Of a stretch of 64,000 bases of DNA, positions 1 through 12,342 are shown piece by piece. The translations under genes were made by a program, and so were the position numbers. How positions within the stretch are numbered: the stretch's first letter is position 1; each line of letters starts with the position of its first letter. This DNA is from Felis catus (taxonomy: Eukaryota). The stretch spans positions 23,748,001-23,812,000 of the forward strand of contig NC_058383.1 in the NCBI RefSeq assembly GCF_018350175.1. The letters run 5' to 3'. The notes beneath the pieces are model-generated. The model did no database searches. It saw nothing but the letters and a program-made list of their open reading frames with translations, and was not told the origin of the DNA.

Positions 1-558
1 CAGACATTGTACCGAGTACCAAGGACATGAGGGAGAGTCCCTATCCCCTTGAAACGGACAGTCTGGTGGAGGAATCACAGAAGAGAAACTACTGACAGGC
101 ATCAAGCCACAAATTCAGGACCTCTGAACCCCACAGGATATGTGAAAGGAAATTCAGACTCAGACACATCTTAAGAAACTGTAAAAAGCCAAAACAAGAG
201 AAAATCTTAAAACGAGCCAGAGAGAAGCTAGGGTAAAGACTGGACTTGTCACCAGGAACAATGGGAATGAAAACACAATGAAATTATGTCCGTGTGTGGA
301 AGGAAAGCCATCAACCGCAAATTCTACACTCAGTAAAAATATCCTTTCTATTTCCAACTGTATCAAAACCAAGGAAATCCATCACCTGCAGACCTTCATT
401 AAACACCATAGCACTTTTTAGGAGAAGGAAATCATCCCAGATAGAAACAGATGAAGAAAGGCAGGATGAGCAGAATAAAAAGGTAAATAAATATGTGAGC
501 AGATCTAAAGAATATTGACTAAATACAATAATATCTTGTGGGTTTTAAATACAATTAA

Positions 559-682
559 GGGGCGCCTGGGTGGCTCAGTCAATTAAGCAACTCTTGGTTT
601 CAGCTCAGGTCATGATCTTGCAATTTCGTGGGTTTGAGCCCCCATGTCAGGCTCTGTGCTAACAGTGTGGAGCTTGCCTGGG

Positions 683-720
<38 letters not shown>

Positions 721-1100
721 CCTCCTCCACGCACGCTCTCTCAAATAAACTTGAAAAAATAAAAAAAATACAATCAAAATATATAAATACAACGGCATGG
801 GAAATGGGAAGAAAATACATATAAAATATTCTAAGGTCTTTGAATTGTGCTGGATGTGGGTAAAACACAGCAATTAATATTAAACTGTGATCGGGGTGCC
901 TGTGTGGCTCAGTCAGTTGAGCGTCTGACTTGATTTCGGTTCAGGTCATGACCTCACGGTTCATGAGTTGGAGGCCTGCATCAGGCTCCACGCTGACAGT
1001 GTGGAGCCTGTTTAGGATTCTCTCTCTCCCTCTCTCTCTGCCCCTTCTCCACGCGCATGCACGCACTCTCTCAAAATAAACAAACTTAAAAAAAAACAAA
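559..1100 (+). mobile_element. Two CAN-SINEs (~559-765, ~893-1100)
   Basis: GGGGCGCCTGGGTGGCTCAGTC tRNA-derived head, (CT)n body, A-rich tail. Confidence 0.85.
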
Positions 1101-1333
1101 CAACTCATTAAACCATCATCAGTTATGAATGCACACTGAAATCTGTAAGGTCCAGAAAGGAGAACTTCCAAATTAGCAGGGAGAAACAAAATAAAAAAAA
1201 AAAAAGAATCCAGTAGAAGGTAAGAATGGATATAAAATGCAGGACAAACAGAAAGCACTAAGGTAGGCTTAAACTCAAAACATTGAATTTGAATGGATCA
1301 CAAGATCCGTCACAGAGTCACAGAGGGACTGAC

Positions 1334-1454
1334 CTCTTCACCACCCAGTTTCCTTGGACTAACATCGCCACCTTCTGGATGCCACGCAGAACAGCCACAG
1401 AGTCGATGGAGGGGCCCAGGAGGCTCATCAAGTTGGCAAAAGGCATGACCTTCA
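1334..1454 (-). CDS. POLR3E: POLR3E exon 13 (VKVMPFANLMSLLGPSIDSVAVLRGIQKVAMLVQGNWVVK)
   Basis: TCCTCCTCAG acceptor, GTCAGT donor, 121 nt, phase-consistent. Confidence 0.93.
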
Positions 1455-1693
1455 CTGAGGAGGACACAGACAACATCAGACAAGGGAAGGGTGCCCGGGC
1501 CCGTCCCTCTCCCCTGCCAAATCTACATAGCTTCAGGTTCACTTAACCACCCCGGCATGTAAATAACACTGATGACGTGGGTAATAACAACAGCCAACTT
1601 CACTGGCTGCTTGTTATGTGCAGACACCCTGCACCTCACTGAATCCTGCAGGAAAGACCCCAAAAGGTGCTCCTTAAGGGTAGAACTATTACA

Positions 1694-2020
1694 AGGCACC
1701 TGGCTGGTTCAGTGGGTAGAACATGCTACTCTTGATCTCAGGGTCATGAGTTCAAGCCCCATGTCGGGCATGGAGCCTAGTCAAAAAAAAGGGGGGGGGG
1801 GGCGGCACCTGGGTGGCTCAGTCAGTTAGGCTTCCCATTTCAGCTCAGGTCATGATCTTATGGTTCATGAGTTCGAGTCCCGCATCGGGCTCTGTGCTGA
1901 CAGCTCAGAGCCTGGAGCCTGCTTCGGATTCTGTGACTCCCTCTCTCTCTGCCCCTCCCACACTCGTACTCTGTCTCTCTCTCTCAAAAATAAATAAAAC
2001 ATTAAAAAAAAAAATTTAAA
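1694..2020 (+). mobile_element. Tandem CAN-SINEs
   Basis: Two SINE heads (1694, ~1800) with tails. Confidence 0.8.
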
Positions 2021-2703
2021 AAGGGGGAGGGGGGGAGACTATTACTACTGAGGCCCAGAAAGGCAAGAACCTGGGGATGACCCCATGTCCTTTGCAGGAA
2101 AGCCATCGGCCTGGCACCCTGGCAGCCCCAGGCATAGCTGGGAGCTCCCCTCCGCTCAGGCCCCTGGAGACCCCTGAGTTGGTATCTCAGAAGAGGAGCC
2201 CAGGTCCTGGGACTTGGCTCTTGAGGTTCAGGGCTCACATCTGCCCTAAGGGTTCTGGCCCTCCAAGTCCTCTGAGAAAGGAGACCAGTCCCTACTGTGT
2301 GGAGCCTGGTGAGGACGCCTCAAAACAGTGCAAGCAAATGAATGGAACTCATGTTCATGTGCAAGGCTCTGTATAAGCCACATAGAAACGTCGTCTCTGA
2401 ATCCTCATCTCAGCCCCCTAGGAGCTTAGTTCCTTTTTACAGATAAACTTAGGCTCAGGAAGGTCAGTGACCTGCCCAGGCTCACACAGGAGGGGAGTGG
2501 CCAGGGCGGAACAGGATCCAGAGCCTGGCTGCGGGAGCCCGCTGCAGTACCTTCCTTCCAGACAAGGCTGGAGCTGTAAAGCTGGGCACACTCTGGGTGG
2601 TGGGGGCCTCTGGCCTCGCCCCTAAGTCCTTAGTCTCTCCTAGATTGTTTCCCCAGGAAGTGGCAGGGCTGGGGTCCCCCCAGGGGAAAGGGTGTCCACC
2701 CAC

Positions 2704-2795
2704 CATTCTTCATCAGGATCTTGATCTGATCGGCCAGGGGCAGGGTACGCAGCTGGGCCATGGACAGGACGTTGCTGGGGGCCACAGGTTTATCT
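2704..2795 (-). CDS. POLR3E: POLR3E exon 12 (DKPVAPSNVLSMAQLRTLPLADQIKILMKN)
   Basis: TTTTCATCAG acceptor, GTGGGT donor, 92 nt. Confidence 0.93.
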
Positions 2796-2889
2796 CTGAT
2801 GAAAACAGAGGTGATGGGTTACAGGACGGGATGTGGGGGAGGTCTGGGGTGGGGGTGGGGAGGATGGCGTGTGGCCCGAATCTACTCAC

Positions 2890-2934
2890 TTCTCCTCCTC
2901 TGGGCTGGGTGGCATCAGCATCATGAGGTACTCA
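2890..2934 (-). CDS. POLR3E: POLR3E exon 11 (EYLMMLMPPSPEEE)
   Basis: CCCTGCAG acceptor, GTGAGT donor, 45 nt. Confidence 0.92.
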
Positions 2935-3307
2935 CTGCAGGGAAGAGGGCAGGGTCAGGGGCTCCCGGGCTCTGTCCCTGCCCCACACCTGCCTGTGAAC
3001 CCAGACTGCACCTAAGCTGAAGCATCCCCAGGGAAGGGCTGGGGGGTGGAAAAGCAGACAGAAATCCATCCCCATACTCCCTAGCACCCCACCCGCCCCA
3101 AACTTGTAGAGAAAGGAGAACCATCTCTTCCCACACCCACTCTCCTGGCCCTCTCCAGAGGACGAAGGACCCCTCCCCATGTCCCTCCTCCACGCTACAG
3201 AAGGGACCACAGTCCCTAGGAAGGCCCCACATCGAAGGGACCCTCCTAGTGCCAGTGACAGGCTCAGTAGCCCATAGGGATTAACACCATGGACCGGAGG
3301 ACCTCAC

Positions 3308-3393
3308 CTGGGTGACTTGACAAGCTCTGTGTTCTCAACCCCGCTGGAACCCTGGCACAGGAGGTACTGGCGCTCGTGCTCAGAGCGGCTGTC
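3308..3393 (-). CDS. POLR3E: POLR3E exon 10 (DSRSEHERQYLLCQGSSGVENTELVKSP)
   Basis: CCAACAG acceptor, GTGAGG donor, 86 nt. Confidence 0.93.
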
Positions 3394-4364
3394 CTGTTGG
3401 TGGAGGGGCAGGGTGGGAGGACCCTCCGCCACCCCCTACCCAGCCCTTCTGCCCTCCAGTTTTCACCCCTCTATCACCTTCCACTCCAGCCACCTACTGT
3501 CTGGCCCCAAAGCCAACCAACACCTGAGCATGGCATCCAAGGCCTCTGTGATGTGGCCTCAACCAACCATTTCCAGCTTTGTGACTGAACAGCCCCAGCA
3601 CCCATGCCTAGGGGCCCTGTCTGTGACACAGGACCACTAAAAGCAACGATAAAAATAACAGCTAACAGTCAGTGAGCACCTACTATGTGCCAGGGTCTAG
3701 TCCAATGGCTGCATATATATCTCAACTTATCTCATTAGGTAATTTGCCTAGAGTCACACACTAGGAAATAGCAGAGCTTCTGAAGTCTGACTCTAAGACT
3801 CTGTCAACACGAATCTTTCAGAAGATTCCAGAGAAATCATGAGTTGTTCCTTCCCCAGAAAAATGTTAGGGAGCCCTAGCCTCTGGTGTCTTTGGCTTTG
3901 ATTCAATTGTTTCCCTTACTCAACAGTTTCAAGGATTGGGCTCAAGGTCAACACACCAGATAAAAAGCAAGTATAGTCAAAAGCACCCTTGGCAAATACA
4001 TGGTGAACTTGGCCCAGGGAAGAGATGGCCAGTTCTCTATCATGCGCTTCCGTTCAGGACCCGTGATGCATAAAAATACATAACTAAACACCAGCCCCAC
4101 CCCAGAGCGCGTAAGATGCTCACACTTTGGCAGAGTCTGGGGGGCCGAAACCCCTGACCCAAGAAACAGCAGACTCACTTCTCGGTCTCCTGCTCCCTTG
4201 GGGACACTCAGTGGACCAGCTGGATCAAGGGACAAACTGCCCATAGGACTTCATCCTCCCTCCCTGGGCTACCACTCAATGTGAAACCAGTTCACGGTGA
4301 GACAGTGAGGCCACACTGGGCACCAGGCTTTGCTCCCAGGACCGCCCTGGGGCCCCCGGCTCAC

Positions 4365-4484
4365 CCTCAGGCCGTAGTAGTGCAGGTGGACCCAGGGCTC
4401 CTCGGCGTGCTTCTTCTGCAGGAACTCGTAAGACTGCACACGGCGCTGGCGGGCCTGCTCTGACTCAGGACGGGAGAACCGCAC
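4365..4484 (-). CDS. POLR3E: POLR3E exon 9 (VRFSRPESEQARQRRVQSYEFLQKKHAEEPWVHLHYYGLR)
   Basis: CCTCCCAG acceptor, GTGAGC donor, 120 nt; lies within ORF 4269..4727. Confidence 0.95.
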
Positions 4485-4729
4485 CTGGGAGGGGCGTGGT
4501 GGCCTCAGGCCCAGGACACAACCCGGCTGCATTCCGCGCCCACCAGGAGGCTGGAGAACCCCACACCTGGGGCACCTCCCACCCCCGAGCCCCCCCATTT
4601 CCTGACACAGGTCTCTTAATACAGCTCCAACCACATCCCTCTCTGTGACTCGCCAACACAGGCCACAGAGCAGCTTTCTCTTGCCTCCGCCTGCCGGCAC
4701 CCACTCTATTTCCACTCCCGCTGGCAACA

Positions 4730-5250
4730 GGACCCCCGTTTTCCTTTAGGAAACGCCCAGTTCCCCCTCAGTTTGGGAGAGCAAATATCCCTCCCCCGCC
4801 CCCACCCCCACACACGTTCCCAGCCACAGGAGTGGGCACGTGACTCAGACCTGAACAATCCGAGCACCAAATCCTCTTAGCCACAGGGGCTGGTTCAGGG
4901 TTGGCCAAGCCAACGAGTCCAGTCTGGGACTTTAGTTAGAAGTAATGAGAAAGAAGTTTCTTTTCCCCTGGGGTCTTGGAAGCTGGGAGGATGTGAGCCT
5001 GGAGCTGGGACAACTCTGTACCACTGGGGACAGACACCCTGCCTGAGAAAGAGGCCAAAAGAGGCAGGCAGAACCTGGAGGTGGAGATGGAGAAACCAGG
5101 TCTTGATGACAGAGTCTGAGCACCTGAATCCAGCCACACCTGAAGCTACCCCTCAACTTTTCAGTAACAGGGACTAATACATTCCATTTGGGGCTCATGC
5201 TAGGTAGATCTGGGTTTCCGTTGCTTAGAGTAGACAGAATGAAGCCCTGA
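4730..5250 (+). mobile_element. Ancient ERVL-type solo LTR (LTR16-like)
   Basis: GGGCACGTGACTCAG...GGATGTGAGCCTGGAGCT...CCTGAATCCAGCCACACCTGAAG motifs, recalled from LTR16-type consensus. Confidence 0.5.
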
Positions 5251-6164
5251 CTCACCCCTCCTGTGAAGGGCACCTACACAGAGGCATTGGCTGGATTATC
5301 GAATCCTGGGATTCTTTTTTTTTTTTTTAAAGTAAGCCCCATAGCCAACTGGGGCTTGAACTCCTGACCCTGAGATCAAGAGTTGCACGCTCCACTGCCA
5401 GCCAGGCACCCCAGGATCCTGGGATTCTGTATGGGTCCTTTAAGGCACATGGGCCTACAAGTGCCTTGTTAAACAAGGGCCAGTGAGTAGAGAAGGGAAG
5501 GAGGGTTCTAAGATCACTCACCAAGCTACTGAGAACAGGTGAGCGCCACCCCCCTCCCCGCCCCCTTACATCAGTATCTGCCTGTCCTTCAAAGATGTGC
5601 AAATGCTTACAACTTTAGCCACATTTGTCATCCGCATCAATATTTGTGCAGGACTCTTCTCTAAATGCTCATTTTAACCTAACTACGCTTACAGAGAGGA
5701 AGCTTCAGAAGCCATAAGTGGAAGGTCAATATTCTTCCGATAATGTTTGATATAGGAATAAGAATTAAGAGAGAACTGTTGCATCTGCACACCCCTGAAA
5801 AGACAGAATTACATGGTTAATTAATGCGGCGTTTTCGCTCTGCTAGGACCTGGGCTTCATGGCACAGGCTGAGGGTTCACTGAACCTTCTGGGCCCTGGG
5901 TCCCCAACTCTACAGAACCCCAGGGCTGCTATCCTGTTTACAGCTGGGATAAGTCAGGCCGGGCAGAGACCAGCTTATCCCCCCCCAAGTCACCAGCAAA
6001 AAGGCTCTGAAGGAAACACGGTTTCGGTATCTGTCTCCCCCCTGGAGCCCGTGTTCCGCAGAGACCCTCCCGGCCCCTGCAGCCTCCGGGCAGCTGAGCT
6101 CCGAGGCCAGCCTGCCGCCTCTGCAGGCGGCACCCTCCCTCTTCTCGGGGCTAGAGCTACTCAC

Positions 6165-6214
6165 CGTGATCTGCTTCACATCTTCTTCTGCCTCGTCCTG
6201 CGAGGAGTCTCCTG
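6165..6214 (-). CDS. POLR3E: POLR3E exon 8 (AGDSSQDEAEEDVKQIT)
   Basis: TTTTTCTCACAG(CAG) acceptor, GTGAGT donor, 50 nt. Confidence 0.92.
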
Positions 6215-6356
6215 CTGTGAGAAAAAGCGGAGAGAGCGCGGCCCCTGCTTGCAGCCTCCGGTGGCGCCCCTACTCCCTGCTCTCAGCCCCACCGACACGG
6301 AAGGCCTCAGGCAGAGGTGTCAGTTCTCCTTCTAGACGGAGGCAGCTGCACAAGTC

Positions 6357-6500
6357 AGTGGTTCTCACCGGGGACAATTTTGCCCCCGCCCCAGGGACAA
6401 GGGGAAACACGGGAAGATGTTTTTGGTTGTTACAGTCGCAGAGGGGAGTGCTAGGGCACCCAGGGGGTAGCGGCAGCCGTGCTGCTCAGTGTCCTAGAAG
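6357..6500 (+). mobile_element. MER20 (hAT-Charlie) fragment
   Basis: CAGTGGTTCTCACCGGGGACAATTTTGCCCCC terminal sequence. Confidence 0.6.
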
Positions 6501-6559
6501 CCAAACCCCTGGGCTAGTTTTTTCTACACTAACAGCAGGGCTGGGGGGCCAGAGCTCAC

Positions 6560-6667
6560 CCTCATTGGCCGCCTCCCTCTCTCGGTGCTTGGCGTCTGCC
6601 TTATCCAGGTAGGAGAAGCTGGGCCGCAGCTGCAGGATGCCGTGTAAAGGAGTCAGGTGAAGCTCAC
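6560..6667 (-). CDS. POLR3E: POLR3E exon 7 (GELHLTPLHGILQLRPSFSYLDKADAKHREREAANE)
   Basis: CTTCTGCCAG acceptor, GTGAGC donor, 108 nt; conserved LHLTPL..I.QLRPSF.YLD motif. Confidence 0.95.
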
Positions 6668-7419
6668 CTGGCAGAAGGGGGGCGTGGACGTGACTCTAGG
6701 AACCGGGGTCAGCCCACCGGCTTGGCTCACGGTAGTCCCGAAGGGCCCTGGACCCCTGCAAAGACCTTGACCCACCGCCAAACCACCTCCCACCTCTGCT
6801 CTGGCCCCTAGTCCCAGAGCTTTGGGACCACCAGGCCAGCGGCCACTCCCAGCACCCCCGGCCCTGCCGGATGCAGTAAACGCACAACCGCACCAGGACG
6901 TGAATCCAGACTCTTCTGCTCGAAGTCACTTCTTTAAGCCTGCCTGCATACGGCCCCCTCCCCACAAGCATCCCACACCTTCCCAGCCCGTCCCCACTCC
7001 CTTTCCCCTGGCTGCTTGCTCTGGCCACACCGGGCAACTGCTCCACACCAAACACAGCCTGCTCTTTCCCACCAGGCCTTCGCCGGACACCTTCAATGCC
7101 CACCCCCTGCTCCTCACACACTCAGACTGTCTCCGCTCATCCTCCAACTCTGCTCATCAAAATCCCACCCGATCCGCACAGAAGTCAGCTAGTGCAAATG
7201 TGGTTGGAGGAACGGCCCCTGGTGCGGCCAGCTGGAGGAGTGTCTACACAGTCTCGGACAAAGATCACTAGGAGGCAGTGCAAAGATAATCCACTTCTAT
7301 CAAGTCAACGTGCGCTTGAAAGAGAAGACATCAGATGCTAAGGCTCTGGTAAGTGGCTCTGTGAAAGCTCTCTGGGCCCCAGAGGGAGCGGAGTGCTCGC
7401 AGTCAGGAGTAAAGAAACA

Positions 7420-7960
7420 AACGATCCTACAAATACCGTATGATTTCACTCATATGTGGAATTTAAGAAACAAAACAAATGAACAAGAAAAAAGAAGAAA
7501 CAAACCAGAGGGGGGGAAAGAAAAAGACGGGGCACCTGGGTGGCTCAGTCGGCTGAGCACCCAACTTTGGCTCAGGTCATGATCTCGCAGTTCATGGGTT
7601 TGAGCCCCATGTTGGGCTCTGTGCTGACAGCTCGGAGCTTGGGGCCTGCTTCCGATTCTGTGTCTCCCTCTCTCTGTGCCCCTATCCTGCTCATGCTCGG
7701 TCTCTGTCTCTCTCAAAAATAAATAAGAACGGTAAAAAATAGAAAAAAAAAAAAAAAAAGCAGAGACTGAACTACAGAGAACACTGATGGTTACCAAAGG
7801 GGAGGTGGGGGGGATGGGTGAACTAGGGAAGGGATTAAGCGTACACTCATCGTGATGAGCAGCTAAGTCATATATAAAATTGCTGAATCATTCTGTTGTA
7901 CACCTGGCTCTAATAGAACACTGGACATTAATTGTACTGAAATGAAAAAAATAAAAAAAG
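7420..7960 (+). mobile_element. L1 3'UTR fragment interrupted by a CAN-SINE (~7530-7760)
   Basis: TATGATTTCACTCATATGTGGAAT...GATGGTTACCAAAGGGGAGGTGGG. Confidence 0.7.
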
Positions 7961-8256
7961 AACCATCCTACCACCCTACATAGAATAATTTTCAGGTATG
8001 TTAAAAATTTAGTATAAAATACTATAAATACTAGAAAAACATTTTTAGGAGAACCTCTTAAGATGGCAGAAAGCATCCTAAGAAACACCACAAGAGACAC
8101 AGGAGGAAAAAGGACAGGTAAGTTTAGCTACAGAAAAACACAATCACGTTGGGAAGATGGCAAAGGTTCTAGAGATGGATGGTGGTGATGGTCGGATGCC
8201 AACACGAATGCCCTTAACATCACTGGACTGTACACTTCAAAATGGTTAAAATGGTA

Positions 8257-9423
8257 GGGGCATCTGGGTGGCTCAGTCGGCTGAGCACCCAACTTTGGCT
8301 CAGGTCATGATCTCGCGGTTTGTGAGTTCGAGCCCGGCATCAGGCTGTCTGCTGTCAGCACAGAGCCTTCTTTGAATCCTCTCTCCCTCTCCCTCTTCGC
8401 CTCTCCCCAGCATGCGCTCTCTCTCAAAAATAACATTAAAAACAAAAAAATAGGGGCGCCTGGGTGGCTCAGTCGGTTAAGCATCCGACTTCAGCTCAGG
8501 TCATGATCTCACAGTCCGTGAGTTCGAGCCCCGCGTCGGGCTCTGTGCTGACAGCTCAGAGCCTGGAGCCTGCTTCTGATTCTGTCTCTCCCTCTCTCTC
8601 TGACCCTCCCCCATTCATGCTCTGTCTCTCTCTGTCTCAAAAATAAATAAACGTTAAAAAAATGGAAACATGTTTAAAAAAAATAAATAAACATTTTAAT
8701 AAATAAAAAATGATTAAAATGGTAAATTTTAGGTTCTGTATATTTTGCCATAATAAGAACTAATTAAAAGAAAGAAATGAATGGTCCCAGCTGCAAGGGT
8801 GGGCTTTGAAGAACTATTTCCTTGGGGGCTCCTGAGTGGCTCACTTGGTTGAACATCCAACTTGGGCTCAGGTCATGATCTCATGATTCATGAGTTCAAG
8901 TCCCGTGTGGGGTTCTATACTGACACCTCAGAGCCTGGAGCCTGCTTCAGATTCTGTGTCTCCCTCTCTCTCTGTCCTCCCCTGCTCATGCTGTCTGTCT
9001 CTCTCTCTGTCTCTCTCTCAAAAATAAACAAACGTGCAGGGGCGCCTGAGTGGCTCAGTCAGTTGGGCGTCCGCCTTTGGCTCAGGTCTCACGGTTCGTG
9101 GGTTCGAGCCCCACATGGGGCTCTGTGCTGACAGCCTGGAGCCTAGAGCCTGCTTCGGATTCTGTGTTTCCCTCTCTCTCTCTGCCCCTCCCTTGCTCAT
9201 GCTCTCTCTCCCTCTTAAAAATAAACATTAAGACAATATAAATAAATAAATAAACATTTAAAAAATTTAAAAAAGACCTATGTCCTTAAGGGGCACTTGG
9301 GTGGCTCAGCTGAGTTGGTTAAGTGTCCAACTTTCGGCTCAGGTCATGATCTCACAGTTGTTAAGATCAAGCCTTGCATCGGGCTCTGGGCTGAGCATGG
9401 AGCCTGAATAAGATTCTCTCTCT
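8257..9423 (+). mobile_element. Cluster of five tandem or nested CAN-SINEs
   Basis: SINE heads at ~8257, 8453, 8824, 9039, 9290. Confidence 0.85.
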
Positions 9424-9424
9424 C

Positions 9425-11070
9425 AGTGGCACAAGAACAGACACTCAGATCAATGGAACAGCATAGAGAACCCAGAAATGGACCCACAAACAGATGGCCA
9501 ACTAATCTTTGACAAAGCAGGAAAGAATACACAATGGAATAAAGACAGTCTCTTCAGCAAGTGGTGCTGGGAAAACTGGACAGCGACACGCAGAAGAACG
9601 AACCTGGACCACTTTCTTACACCAGACACAAAAATAAACTCAAAACGGATGAAAGACCTCAATGTAAGACAGGAAGCCATCAAAATCCTCGAGGAGAAAG
9701 TAGGCAAAAACGTCTCTGATCTTGGCTGCAACAACTTCTTACTCAACATGTCTCCAGAGGCAAGGGAAACAAAAGCCAAAATGAACTATTGGGACCTCAT
9801 CAAAACAAAAAGCTTCTGCACAGCTGGGGCACCTGGGTGGCTCAGTCAGTTAGGTGTCCCACTGTGGCTCAGATCATGATCTCAGGGTTTGCAAGTTCAG
9901 GCCTCGCATCAGGCTCTGTGCTGACAGCTCAGAGCCTGGAGCCTGCTTTGGATTCTGGGTCTCCCTCTCTCTCTGCCTCTCCCCCACTTGTGCTCTCTGT
10001 CTCTCTCTCTCTCTCTGTCTCTCAGAAATAAATAAAATGTAAAAAGCTCTGCACAGTGAAGGAAACAATCAGCAAAACTAAAAGGCAACCAACGGAATGG
10101 GAGAAGATACTTGCAAACGACATATCAGATAAAGGGTTAGTATCCAAAATCTATAAAGAACTTATTAAACTCAACACCCAAAAAACAAATATCCAGTGAC
10201 GAACGAAATGGGCAAAAGACATGAACAGACACTTCTCCAAAGAAGACATCCAGATGGCCAACTGACACATGAAAAAATGCTCAATATCACTCATTCGTTA
10301 TCAGGGAGCTACAAATCAAAACCACAATGAGATACCACCTCACACCTGTCAGAATGGCTAACATTAACAACTCAGGCAACAACGAATGTTGGCGAGGATG
10401 CGGAGAAAGAGGATCTCTTTTGCATTGTTGGTGGGAACACAAGCAGGTGCAGCCACTCTGGAAAACAGTATGGAGGTTCCTCAAAAAACTAAAAATAGAA
10501 CTACCCTACGACCTAGCAATTGCACTAGTAGGCATTTATCCAAGGGATACAGGTGTGCTGTTTCGAAGGGACACATGCACCCCCATGTTTATAGCAGCAC
10601 TATCAACAATAGCCAAAGTATGGAAAGAGCCCAAATGTCCATCCATGGATGAATGGATAAAGAAGATGTGGTGTATATATATATATACAAAGCAGTATCA
10701 CTCAGCAATCAAAAAAAATGACATCTTGCCATTTGCAACTACGTGGATGGAACTAGAGGGCATTATGCTAAGTGAAATTGGTCAGAAAAAGACAAATATC
10801 ATATGACTTCACTCATGAGGACTTTAAGATACAAAACAGATGAACATGAGGGAAGGGCAGCAAAAATAACATAAAAACAGGGAGGGGGCAAAACAGAAGA
10901 GATTTAAATACGGAGAACAAACAGAGGGTTACAGGAGGGGTGTGGGAGGGGGGATGGGCTAAATGGGGAAGGGGCACTAAAGAATCTACTCCTGAAATCA
11001 TTGTTGCATATATGTTAACTTGGATGTAAATTAAAAAAATAAATTAAATAAAAATACCCCCCCCAAAAAA
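9425..11070 (+). mobile_element. 5'-truncated carnivore L1 (ORF2 C-terminus and 3'UTR), with a SINE inserted at 9826-10040
   Basis: ORFs 9478..9879 and 10327..10806 encode L1 ORF2p C-terminal motifs ([27 protein letters not shown]); G-rich 3'UTR and A tail. Confidence 0.95.
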
Positions 11071-11083
11071 ATTCTCTCTTACA

Positions 11084-11365
11084 GGGCACCTGGGTGGCTC
11101 AGTTGGTTAAGCATCTGACTTCAGATCAGGTCGTGACCTCACGGCTCACGAGTATGAGCCTCACACCGGTGGTGCAGAGCCTGCTTGGGATCCTCACTCT
11201 CTCCTCTCTCTCTGCCCCTCCCCCACTCGTGCTTTCTCTCTTTCAAAATAAATAAACTTTAACTAACAAACAAACAAGCAAACAAACAAGATTGTCTCTG
11301 TCTGACCCTCTCTGGCTCACACACATGCCCACTCTCTCCATAAAATAAATATTAAAAAAACAAAC
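11084..11365 (+). mobile_element. CAN-SINE plus the displaced 3' half of the SINE that starts at 9290
   Basis: SINE head at 11084; second SINE body and tail at 11288-11365. Confidence 0.75.
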
Positions 11366-11499
11366 AAACTATGTCCTTGAGACACAGGTTCAAAAAAGAA
11401 AAGCTGATACAACTTTTGAGTCTATTCTAGTTTGTTTCCTAAGTGTCCAAATTAGTTTTATTGCTTTATGAACTCTAAACATGTACACTACCTTGTACT

Positions 11500-11995
11500 T
11501 TTTAAAGGCTTTATTAGACCATAACAATGGCATACAAAACCCACCCACTTAACGCATACAATTCAATGTATTTCATACATTCCTGGAGTTGTATCACCAG
11601 CACCACAATCAATCTAAGAACATCTTCATCTCCCAGAAGGAAAACCTGAGCCCATCCTCAGCCACAACGCATTCTACGGGCAACCGCTCTCTGCTTTGTC
11701 TCTACTGACTTGCCTCTTATGGACACTTCACGTGAAGGGACTCATATATGTGGCCCTTTGTGACTGGCTTTTCTCGCTGAGCATCATGTTTTCAAGGCTC
11801 GGGCACGCTAGGGCTCCGAAGCACCAGTGTGCCATCTCTCACACAGCTGCAGGACACCGTGCTCCTGGCATCGGCTGACGGACTTCCGGATTGTTTCTGC
11901 CTTTTCACTATTATGAATGATATTGCTATGAACATCCACGTACAAGTTTTCTGTGGACATTGCATTTCTCTTGGATAGATGCAGTCTAGGAGTAA
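11500..11995 (-). mobile_element. Old L1M 3' fragment
   Basis: TTTTGTGACTGGCTT...AGCATCATGTTTTCAAG...GCTATGAACATCCACGTACAAGTTTT. Confidence 0.7.
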
Positions 11996-12342
11996 CACTG
12001 CTCGTGCACAAGTACCTTATATTTAAAACCAAATGCTACCACCTGTCTCAAAAGTTATGCCGTGCGTATGTCTGTGTCCCAGGAGGACAATGACCTTGGA
12101 TGCCCCATCCCTATCAGGTCAGGCAGCATCAGGAGGCAGAAGTCCTCAGTGGTGGCCGACTCCAGCTCCCGCGATCTGTCATTTCTACAACTTGCCTGGC
12201 CCCTGCGGGTGTCCAGCTTTAGGGGAGCAACAAGCTGGGTACCAGGCTAAGGACAGCCTCCCCGTCCCGGCCCCCATCCTGCTTCTCTCCCACTCCAGAG
12301 ACCTCGAGGAGCCACGGCGGCCCGGACGCCCAGTGCGGGTAC

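Noticed and set aside
8453..8530. tRNA-like SINE heads as additional tRNA genes
   Set aside because: They continue into SINE (CT)n bodies and lack a full cloverleaf; only 24119-24200 is a real tRNA.
9450..10806. ORFs of 109-159 aa as possible novel genes
   Set aside because: They are fragments or antisense frames of a truncated, SINE-interrupted L1 ORF2.
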